A stretch of DNA of 64,000 nucleotides from Schmidtea polychroa (Eukaryota), in assembly GCA_044892525.1 (NCBI GenBank), contig CM097885.1, forward strand, positions 210,738,001-210,802,000. Direction: 5' to 3'. Within the stretch, counting starts at the first letter, position 1. Each line of letters opens with the position of its first letter. The position numbers and the translations under genes were made by a program. Below the pieces are notes generated by a model that was not told where the DNA came from, did not search any database, and saw nothing but the letters and a program-made list of their open reading frames with translations. Positions 10,633 through 19,160 of this stretch are shown here, piece after piece.

Positions 10633-12773
10633 TTGCTTGGCTTTACTTTCAGGTTTGCCATAATCAATCTTTTGAAAATGTCTTCAAGATGTTCCAAATG
10701 TTTATCTAAATCTTCCGAGAAGATGATAATATCGTCTATATATACCATTGCGTGGTGTGCATCCATCAGCATGATATTCATTGCCCTCTGGAAAGTTGGA
10801 GGGGCTCCTTTTAATCCAAACGGCATTACTAAATATTCGAAATGATTGCTACTTGTAGAAAATCCTGTCATAGGAATTGAGTCTTCGCTCATCTTTATTT
10901 GATAAAAGCCTTTCTGTGCATCCATCACAGTAAACAACTTTGAATTTTTCATTTTATCATAAATGTAATCTAGCAAAGGTAGCGGGTGATTATCACTAAC
11001 TGTTTGTTCATTTAATTTCCTATAATCATTACATAATCTAACTGAGACGTCTCTTTTAGCTACAACCACCAAAGGTGAGGAATATGGAGATTTACTGGGT
11101 CTGATTATATTATATTTTTGCATTAATTTAATTTGTTTATCAACGGACCCTTGTATACTTTGAGGTATTCTATACGGGCGTATTTTTATCGGTTTATTTT
11201 CTGTTAATTTAATTTCATGCTCTAAAATATTAACTTGCCCTAGGTCATATTCGTGCTTTGCGAAAACTTGGTCATATTTACGTAATAATTGATTGACTCT
11301 GATATTTTCTTTTCTAGATAAATCTTTACTATCGCAGCTCGGTGCGTCGTAATATTCGATATCAGGATCTCGTTCATCCTCTTCTACTGATAATATCGAT
11401 TCAGACTCTTTCTGCATGTTAGAAAGTTGTATCACTTTACCCACTCTAGTCTCTGGGTATAATCTCAATGATTTGCTCGCTAGATTCGTTAATCTAATCG
11501 GGATCCTTCCTCCCCGTACTGTTGCCAAGTTTTGCACCATAGGCGTTTTATACCTATTTACGAACTGCTCACTCGGTTCGAAAATAACATCTCCTTCCAC
11601 CTCTTGGTGTGTTGCCACAAAATAAACTGTTTCGGTCCTCGGTGGTATTGTCACCGTTCTATCCAAAAACACTACATCCACACTGTAGGTTTTCCGTTTT
11701 CTACCCCTCATTTTCACTAATTCACCTGTTGCACAATCGAATACGATATCTTTTAACTTTTTCAATAAATCCATTCCCACGATACATTCTGCCATACATT
11801 GTCTAGTGACCTTGATATCGTGTCTAAATTTTTGATCACACAACCTTAATTCGCAATCTAATGTTCCGATAACATTGATAGGTTGTCCATTTGCTCCCGA
11901 TGCAACAGTTAATGTCGGCACTATTGCTTGTAATTCTTTTTCGTTTAATAAATTTGCTTCTATCAATGTCAAATCTGATCCTGAATCAATGATGGCATGT
12001 ACCGTATGCCTGTTAACTTTTAATTTGATCGTAGGTTTATGAGTCTTTTTACCCATATTGACCATTAGTATTGTTGAAATTCCTCTAATATTATCTCTGA
12101 ACTTTTGTTGATCATCACTATCTTTGTCATTTTCTGATTTTATTTCATCTTTATACTCTTCCTTTAGCCGTTCCAATGTGCTAAATGGATATTTAGGTAC
12201 CATCTCTAATACTGATGTACCCAAGGGTGGCATTGTCTCGAACTTCATTTTATACGTCGGGTATGAGGTAGATGGTAATATATCTGTATTTGTTCTAAAC
12301 TCGAACCTCTTTAACATTTCCTCTTCAACTCGTTCTGGTATTATCTTTTTTCTACCCTCATATGGTGACAAATAATTCACGGGCCACTCCTGGCGTTTCC
12401 TCCTTTTCGCTTTAACAGTGTATTGTTGTAAAGTACTATTTTCAAAATTTTGAAATTTCGGTTTTTTGTTGTCTGGTTTTATTGAGGTGTTGTCTGAGGT
12501 CTCATAGCCCTCTAGGTTACCTCCCTCGTCAGAATTGTCATCGTCTCGATGACTAGGTTCATACATTATTAACTCATGCTTCTTTATAGTTTGTCTCTTC
12601 ATTCTTTTAATCTCTTTATTATGATGATGAAATACTGCAAAATCTGCACAAACTGGACACATTCCTAGTAGCAACTTCCAAGACCATCCCCCGATCTTGA
12701 AGAAATAATTGAAGAAAATAATTGTGATATGATTATTTTCAATATCATCACTATTGCATATATACCTGAACAT
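10608..12773 (-). CDS. pol: Env C-terminal end and cytoplasmic spacer, aspartic protease, reverse transcriptase
   Basis: IGGWSWKLLLG (env-type membrane-proximal motif) at the start, AIIDSGSDLTLI protease, SPYSSPLVVV, RLCNDYRKLN, MPFGLKGAPPTFQ, VYIDDIIIF. Confidence 0.95.
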   Translation of the reverse strand: MFRYICNSDDIENNHITIIFFNYFFKIGGWSWKLLLGMCPVCADFAVFHHHNKEIKRMKRQTIKKHELIMYEPSHRDDDNSDEGGNLEGYETSDNTSIKPDNKKPKFQNFENSTLQQYTVKAKRRKRQEWPVNYLSPYEGRKKIIPERVEEEMLKRFEFRTNTDILPSTSYPTYKMKFETMPPLGTSVLEMVPKYPFSTLERLKEEYKDEIKSENDKDSDDQQKFRDNIRGISTILMVNMGKKTHKPTIKLKVNRHTVHAIIDSGSDLTLIEANLLNEKELQAIVPTLTVASGANGQPINVIGTLDCELRLCDQKFRHDIKVTRQCMAECIVGMDLLKKLKDIVFDCATGELVKMRGRKRKTYSVDVVFLDRTVTIPPRTETVYFVATHQEVEGDVIFEPSEQFVNRYKTPMVQNLATVRGGRIPIRLTNLASKSLRLYPETRVGKVIQLSNMQKESESILSVEEDERDPDIEYYDAPSCDSKDLSRKENIRVNQLLRKYDQVFAKHEYDLGQVNILEHEIKLTENKPIKIRPYRIPQSIQGSVDKQIKLMQKYNIIRPSKSPYSSPLVVVAKRDVSVRLCNDYRKLNEQTVSDNHPLPLLDYIYDKMKNSKLFTVMDAQKGFYQIKMSEDSIPMTGFSTSSNHFEYLVMPFGLKGAPPTFQRAMNIMLMDAHHAMVYIDDIIIFSEDLDKHLEHLEDIFKRLIMANLKVKPSKCKWQNRK

Positions 12774-14311
12774 CCTGCTACAAAAATGCCAAAGCTTGTA
12801 AATCTACCCCAGATTTTCCGTATTACATTTGATGCAGCTTGTTTGTAATGTTCTGGTCCAAATAACAAGTTATAGTCCGGTTTTCCATCATATGATTGAT
12901 AAATTCTTGTTATTATTTCTGTCACTCCCCGATCTCTGATTTGGGGAAATACAATTGCTCTCCGAGCTTCTTCAATATCTTCCGGAGTATATACTCCTCC
13001 TTTTGACATCTCGTTTAATGGTTGAAACTCCATTTTAGTTTCTAACTTTGTCGCTTGGAGCACTTCAACTGGTTTTGAAGGCGGCTTTCTGTCTGGCAAT
13101 GAAATCCAAATATTGTTAATTTTGTATAATGGTGACATTGCTGGATTGCAAATTGCTGTTAATGGTGAGGTATCCTCCTTTAATAACTGATGTGATACTG
13201 GCATTAGGAATCTCAATTTTCCTTTATATTTCACTGGTAACTCCAATGTACATCGATCATATTTGGTAATTTCCACCTCTATTGCTTTGCACTGATAGCT
13301 ATAAATTGCTTCACCCAAAATTCTGCCGAATGTTCCTTCCTCTGTCAACATTGGCATTATTAAATCAGGATTAGCTATAGATATTGCTAATCTGTTTCGT
13401 ATTATTTCCCGGTTTAAACGACAGTCGTTCAGGATCACTTCCTGATACACATCTAATAATTGTTTCTGTAAATCATGATACAAGAAATCAATCTTATTAT
13501 TGATATACTTGGCTATTTTAATATCTGATAGATGTAATGATTCTGCTGCTGGAACATATTTGTATGCTAAGTATATTCCCTTGTAATTTGTTTCAAATAT
13601 TGGTACACCGCATTTTGTTGTCTGTTTCTTTCTGACTAAACGAATTGCATCTGTGGGGTCCTTGGAGACTAATACTACTGCTGTGCTTTTCTCCGGTACT
13701 ACTTCCTTTTTTGTTTTGTGAGCTATCTTGTCTCCCCAACCACTTTGTTGTGAGTCCTGAGACGTAAAGCTTTTTCCATCTAACCTTGTAAATACTACCT
13801 TTTTCAGGTATCCCAAATCACAAAAATCTCTCATTGATTGATACGTTAATACTGCCAAACTGGTTTTACAATAACCATATTTCACGTTGCATTCTGGATG
13901 AGACATCATTTTTCCCGTGGATACTTCGAAAGTTCCTTCGTACTCGATCAGCTCTACTGTGTAGTACTCAACCGTTACCACATAGCTTACTACATTAGAA
14001 CCTCTTACTTTCTTTCTACCATGACAAGAACCATCATCTGCTATCGGTCCTCCCCGGGTAATAGTTATACCCAACTTTTTCCCTTCTTCTGCGGTAATTG
14101 TTACCTCATGATCTATTTTAACTGTTTTTGACCGAAAAGCATTTATACAATCCTCTGGTGGGATGACTAACGGTATCGGAATGAGTTTAGCTCCTAGAAA
14201 TGCTGAATAACTATTCGATCCACAGTAATATTCGAACGTCGCTCTCTGTATTCGACATTCCCTCACTCTGGTTCTGTAAAATTCTGTTTGCTGATAAACA
14301 TGATATTCCAC
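12665..14311 (-). CDS. env: Envelope glycoprotein ectodomain and TM, chuvirus-G / herpes gB-like class III fusogen; N-terminus (LTAYDC, from ~14418) lies in the upstream ORF
   Basis: Cys pattern and motifs AYDC, ECRIQRATFEYYCG, YINNKIDFLY, NDCRLNREII, GEAIYSYQC, ELPV, GGVYT and a C-terminal TM (FGIFVAGCSGIYAIVMILKIII) match my recollection of chuvirus-like glycoproteins. Confidence 0.8.
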   Translation of the reverse strand: MEYHVYQQTEFYRTRVRECRIQRATFEYYCGSNSYSAFLGAKLIPIPLVIPPEDCINAFRSKTVKIDHEVTITAEEGKKLGITITRGGPIADDGSCHGRKKVRGSNVVSYVVTVEYYTVELIEYEGTFEVSTGKMMSHPECNVKYGYCKTSLAVLTYQSMRDFCDLGYLKKVVFTRLDGKSFTSQDSQQSGWGDKIAHKTKKEVVPEKSTAVVLVSKDPTDAIRLVRKKQTTKCGVPIFETNYKGIYLAYKYVPAAESLHLSDIKIAKYINNKIDFLYHDLQKQLLDVYQEVILNDCRLNREIIRNRLAISIANPDLIMPMLTEEGTFGRILGEAIYSYQCKAIEVEITKYDRCTLELPVKYKGKLRFLMPVSHQLLKEDTSPLTAICNPAMSPLYKINNIWISLPDRKPPSKPVEVLQATKLETKMEFQPLNEMSKGGVYTPEDIEEARRAIVFPQIRDRGVTEIITRIYQSYDGKPDYNLLFGPEHYKQAASNVIRKIWGRFTSFGIFVAGCSGIYAIVMILKIIISQLFSSIISSRSGDGLGSCY

Positions 14312-16224
14312 GTCTTCCCTTTTTGCAACTTATCTGGATATGCTTCCTTGCATTCCACTGTGTCTACTAATGAGTAGATTCGCGATAGTATTGGTTCACT
14401 ACAATCATATGCCGTTAGGGAATTTGTCTGTCGCAATATTCCCATCATTACCAACAACATCATCATCCAACTAGTAAATCCACCTGTTCCCCGTGGACTA
14501 CTTGAAATATTTTCTGTCAACAACTCTTCATTCAATTCATATTTTCCTTTCGTTTCTTTTATATCCCAAAACTTGTGCTCCGTCATCCATGTTCCGAAAT
14601 TCACTTCGGTGATATCAGTCAGCTTGTCTATAGCTGCTGGAATTTTCGACGATTCATCTTTAATTATGCTTAATGCATTTTTAAACATTAAGGCTAGAAT
14701 CGTTATCATTTTCCCTTTCGTCAGGCCTTCATCTATGAATTGCCCTGCTATTTCGAACATCTCCTGTTCCTGGAATCTTTTCCATAGCTTTCTTGACTTT
14801 TCTGCAATTTTGTCAACATTAACACTTTTATCTTTCTTAATTTGCCAATCGGGTTTGATCAGTCGTAAGATTTGATTTAATCTTTTCCATGTTTCCGTTT
14901 TATCACTAGCGTCTCCAACGCTTTTATCAATTTGGCTAGCTATCCCTGCTAAAGCCTGCTTAGTTACATTTTGTATTGTAACTGGTTTTAGAAGTTCTCT
15001 TGGAGGCGGGTTCATTTGACTTTTCCTCGGTCTACCCTTTCTCTCCCTTTTCTTTTTATTCTCTATTAACTTCGGGCTCACCCTTGCTCTTGGTGGCTCG
15101 ACTTGTCGCGATGTACTAGCTCCAACGTTTGTTTCATCTTGATTTAATTGTACTTCATTATCTTCCTCTGTCGGAAATATTTCGATCAACTCGTCTTCAG
15201 TGTTATCGAGTTCCTTGAGATACTTATCTATCTCTTCATCTAAATCTACTGTAGTTACGGGTTCCTGATGAGTATTCCCGTCTACTTGTTTTTGCTCAGG
15301 ATGTACTGTTTCATCCTCCATTTCAGCATTATCTGGCAATCTCAATGTTGCCCATTGATCCTCTGGAAACTCTACCAGTAATATTAATACGACTGTTTCC
15401 TCATTGGGAAAACATCCAACATCTACTAGAAATTCGTCGTCATCCACCTGACAACCATGTATCATTATTAGGAATGACTCTTTTAATATTTCTGATATCC
15501 TTTTTCTCAGTTTCTTTACCCTATGATAACATGAGAATTGTTGTATCAGGTGTCCTCTCCTGGGTATCCTGATCTCTAACGTCACTGGACCTTGTATACC
15601 TTCCAAATGCCTGATAGCATGTCCATTTTTAATCAACAGCATCTTTGTTTGTGTCTGAAATTGTGATGTCTCTTTTACTAAAGGCACCACCAATGGCATT
15701 ATCTCTCTAAGAGTATATACTGGGATTCGCAACTCCAGTATCCAATCCATTATCATCTTAATGGCTTCCCCATCTCTTGGGTTTTTCATCAGCTCGATTC
15801 CCAATCTATGTGGTACGGCTGATATTTGATTTAACTGATCAATTTCCATCTCGCTTATTGTAAGGACATTATCCAAGTCCACTACTGTAACAGTTTCCTT
15901 GTGAAACTTTGCTTTTATGACAATACTTTTCCCTGGTAATATACCACAATCTAACAGGGTTTCTCCCTCTAATAATCTTTCTCCCAACAAATATAGTTTA
16001 CATCTCAATTGAGGTTTTACCACAGAAACTCTCTTTGCCAATGCTTCTACCTTTTGACTTGGGTTAATTGTATATCTACGAAAACAACTTTTTGGGAAAG
16101 ATACAAAAATTGTAGAATCCTCCAGATTTTCTCTTTGTTTCCAATTTAGGCCAATATTTCTCAGAATTTCTCTCAATTCTGGATAATATTCCTCATTTCT
16201 GTCTAACTCTGATATGATATCCAT
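14263..16224 (-). CDS. 653 aa ORF: two (possibly three) ubiquitin-like domains, acidic linker, AT-hook/NLS-like KGRPRK, helical region, signal peptide and env N-terminus
   Basis: IFVSFPK..YTINPSQKVEALAKRV..KLYLLGERLLEGETLLDCGILPGKSIVI (15907-16110) and VTLEIRIP..RVKKLRKRIS..LIMIHGCQVDDDEFLVDVGC..VVLILL (15373-15585) follow the ubiquitin pattern; WMMMLLVMMGILRQTNS precedes LTAYDC. Confidence 0.75.
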   Translation of the reverse strand: MDIISELDRNEEYYPELREILRNIGLNWKQRENLEDSTIFVSFPKSCFRRYTINPSQKVEALAKRVSVVKPQLRCKLYLLGERLLEGETLLDCGILPGKSIVIKAKFHKETVTVVDLDNVLTISEMEIDQLNQISAVPHRLGIELMKNPRDGEAIKMIMDWILELRIPVYTLREIMPLVVPLVKETSQFQTQTKMLLIKNGHAIRHLEGIQGPVTLEIRIPRRGHLIQQFSCYHRVKKLRKRISEILKESFLIMIHGCQVDDDEFLVDVGCFPNEETVVLILLVEFPEDQWATLRLPDNAEMEDETVHPEQKQVDGNTHQEPVTTVDLDEEIDKYLKELDNTEDELIEIFPTEEDNEVQLNQDETNVGASTSRQVEPPRARVSPKLIENKKKRERKGRPRKSQMNPPPRELLKPVTIQNVTKQALAGIASQIDKSVGDASDKTETWKRLNQILRLIKPDWQIKKDKSVNVDKIAEKSRKLWKRFQEQEMFEIAGQFIDEGLTKGKMITILALMFKNALSIIKDESSKIPAAIDKLTDITEVNFGTWMTEHKFWDIKETKGKYELNEELLTENISSSPRGTGGFTSWMMMLLVMMGILRQTNSLTAYDCSEPILSRIYSLVDTVECKEAYPDKLQKGKTWNIMFISKQNFTEPE

Positions 16225-16236
16225 TACTTTGTCAAC

Positions 16237-17962
16237 CTAATTCTCATTAACGGGGTTTAAACGAATATTTTCTAATTTCTGTCTCATTTCTCTTTGCCAT
16301 ACCCTCTTGCGTAATAATACTTTTCTACAGTCATCGATGGGATTTCTTTCCTCTTTCGATGCTTCTCTAACCTTTATTGGTTCGCTACCACACTCACCTC
16401 GCACGGATGATGTGGCTATAAGAACTTCCGGCTCACTGACCGAAGCCCATCTTTTTTCCAAAACCTCTGTTGGAACAATTACATTAGCTACTGGATCCAT
16501 GTCCTTACGATTTTTAACTGGTGAAACCGGTAAACCTTCTATTTCTCTGTTGGCTTCTGGCTCCCTGGCCATAGCCACTAGATTTTCCTGGGTGAAACCT
16601 GTAAACCCTCACAGACCTCTGGTTCTATGACCATAGTCTTTTCCTCTTTGTCCTCCCTTGAACTCACTTGAAGCATCAACACTTCAAGTTCTACATAATT
16701 ATTTTTATTTCGCCTTTTTCTGGCTGATGTCATATAAACACCTTCATTTTCATCGTACCCATCAGTTTCATTTGTTGTTAGCCTTGCTAACCTGTTTCTC
16801 TCTTCTTGAATTTCTAATTCAAGCTGCTGCAAATACGTTAATTTGTGGTCTGAATTCACTGCAAACGTTGTCTGCTTTGATCGATTATTACCATTGTTGC
16901 CACTACCATTATTATTAGATAACTGATTCTGTGGACATGAACGCATAATATGACCAAATTTTCCACACTTATGACATTTAATTTTACCCCCCGAATTTAC
17001 TTCATCCCTTTAAATATTATTATTAAAATTATTATTTCTACTCTGAAAATTATTATTATTATTATTACCACGAAAATTCATATGGGGGCTTCTATTTCTA
17101 TTACTGTTATTATTTGAATTATTCCCCCCAAAACTAGCTTTACAAACTGACGCTACATGTCCTTTGCGCTTGCATTTCTCACAATTTAGGTCCGAAATTC
17201 TACAGTTTGATGCCAGCTGATTATTTCTCCCACACTTTGTACATAATTTGTCCCCTGGAGAATTATTCCTACTTTTACAATCTTTTGACATATGTCCCTT
17301 TTTGTGACAATTAAAAGACTCAATGTCTGACTTATTGCTACTAATTGCAAAATTATTTGACTTTTCAATGCTACTTCAATTAAACACGCTTTGCGAGTTA
17401 ATTCCTCTAAATTATCTCCTATGTGTAAACTGAGTGCATTTCTCATTGCAGACGATAACCCTGACCAAAACTGATCTTTCACTAATGCTCTAGTCGCATC
17501 ATTCCAGGCTGCCCTATTGCCAAATGCTCTCTCTGCCAACATCATTATTTGATATGAAAATTCCCCAACATGCTCACCCGAATTTTGTCGCCTGTTATAA
17601 AACTGTTGTCTCAGCACTCTAGTTGCATCCCCCGGTAATATTCTGTTTTGTAACGCTAATCGCAATACGTTCCATTCAACTGGATGCTCGGCTATTATAA
17701 CATCGTTATATATTTCCCGCGCCATCCCTTTTAAATATAAAGGTAATCTCAAAATCATTACCGGTTCCGGGAATCCTAATGCTCTGGCTAACTGAAAATA
17801 TTCGGACATAAATTGCGGAAACTCTCCTGGGTTTCCACTAAATGGTTTAATCGTAATTGTTGGGTATCTCATAAAATCTACCGCTGGTGGTTGAGCTACT
17901 GGCACATTATTATTTTCTAAATTATTCTCGTTTAAATTTTGTAAATTATTTATCTCTGCCAT
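16237..17962 (-). CDS. gag: Gag (capsid, four CCHC knuckles, C-terminal extension), split by two 1-nt slips and one in-frame TAA
   Basis: IKPFSG, LPLYLKG.A, RRQNSGEHVGEFSYQIMMLAERAF capsid motifs; knuckles SFNCHKKGHMSKDC, CTKCGRNNQLASNC, CEKCKRKGHVASVC, CHKCGKFGHIMRSC. ORFs 17010-17291 and 16578-16946 are in the same frame across the TAA at 17010-17012. Confidence 0.9.
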
Positions 17963-18079
17963 TATTTGCTGGTTTCTATTACCTGGTCTTAAATTTATTA
18001 CCCTTCTATTTCTTAACTCAATGATTCAAAAAGATGTTTGCCTTTTATAAATAAAATTCTTATTCCCCCCGTAAATTGT

Positions 18080-18097
18080 ATCACGTCGGGCTCACCA
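18080..18097 (-). promoter_or_regulatory. Primer binding site, tRNA-Trp
   Basis: Element strand TGGTGAGCCCGACGTGAT, 3 nt after the LTR-terminal CA; 17/18 identical to the tRNA-Trp PBS TGGTGACCCCGACGTGAT. Confidence 0.88.
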
Positions 18098-18100
18098 AAA

Positions 18101-19160
18101 TGTTAAGATCGAAAAACGGGGACTACAGATCTTAACACAAATGACTCCAATAAATTAATTAAGATAAATAAATAAAAATAAATATAAATAAGTTATATTT
18201 AAATGTGGTTGCGCGTCTAAATGTTCAAATCACTGAATTAAAAACAAAAACTCCTTTCTCTTTTTATAAAAATGTATTTTATAATTTACAAATGAACTTT
18301 ATAATATATGTACAAAGAGTACAAGAAAACGGATTTATTAATCCTTACTGTTTACCACAGCCTGCAAGAAATCGATGGCTCCTTTGTAGCACAACGATCG
18401 CTAAATAAATTGAAAAGATGATGGTAAAGCAAGAGGGCTGATTTTGGGGCCACCAGGTAACACGAAAGCCGCTATCTGTGCTTTGTGTTCGCTTTATTTT
18501 AACTGTCTCACTTCACAAGGATAATTATTTATCCTTACACAACTCGAATACTAAACTTCTTTTACCTTCTAGATTGATGGCTCCTTTTCCGTCTTTCTTT
18601 GTTTCACGATTCTGTTCAAATTTTTCTCCAGAAATCTTCTCGCTCTCTTTCTTGTTTGTTCGGTTTGACAATTTATAGTCACTTTTCAAGTTTGAAATTG
18701 ATCTGGAATTTGAGTTGGATTGTCGTCTGGTTGTTTGATGATCACAGTGATTCTTTAATCACGTTTGCTTTATTGTAGACAACTGTTGAACTTCTTAACT
18801 TAATTTTGATCAACAACAGTGATTCTTTAATCACGTTTTCTTTAAAAATAATAATAATTTTCTAAATTATTGTTTCAATTGTTTTTCCCACTTTCTTGCC
18901 AGTTTTCTTGTCCGCAAGTTATCGTCAATTTTATCGTCCCTTGGTTCTCGTTTTGAACCAGTATTTATATTACATTTTAATTATTTATTATCTTAATAGC
19001 AATTTTATAATTACTATATATAGTAATAGTATTATCAAATATTCCTATATATTACTTAATTCTATTAATAGTAATTAATAAAACCTATCTTTTATTTTCA
19101 GTAATTTTTATTTATACTATTTCTAATTTTAGTAATTTTTATTTATTTAATCAACAAGGC
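18101..19160 (-). repeat. 5' LTR (outer ~19 nt hidden in N run)
   Basis: Ends GATCTTAACA on the element strand; 72 bp longer than the 3' LTR. Confidence 0.95.

Larger units (their letters stand above)
4032..19160 (-). mobile_element. Env-bearing Ty3/Gypsy LTR retrotransposon, ~15.1 kb, with extra cargo ORFs
   Basis: Two ~1 kb direct repeats, PBS next to the right LTR, PPT next to the left LTR, gag with CCHC knuckles, and PR-RT-RH-IN order (Ty3/Gypsy type). Both outer ends fall in N runs, so no TSD is visible. Confidence 0.97.

Noticed and set aside
12700-14325. Programmed -1 ribosomal frameshifting at the env junctions
   Set aside because: Neither CAA AAA GGG AAG nor TTA TTT TCT is a canonical X XXY YYZ heptamer, and the same slip pattern occurs inside RT and integrase, so indels are more likely.
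5145-16918. Plus-strand ORFs inside the retroelement (e.g. 5485-5844, 6768-7118, 9791-10093, 14573-14875, 16307-16630)
   Set aside because: Antisense shadows of the long minus-strand ORFs; no motifs.
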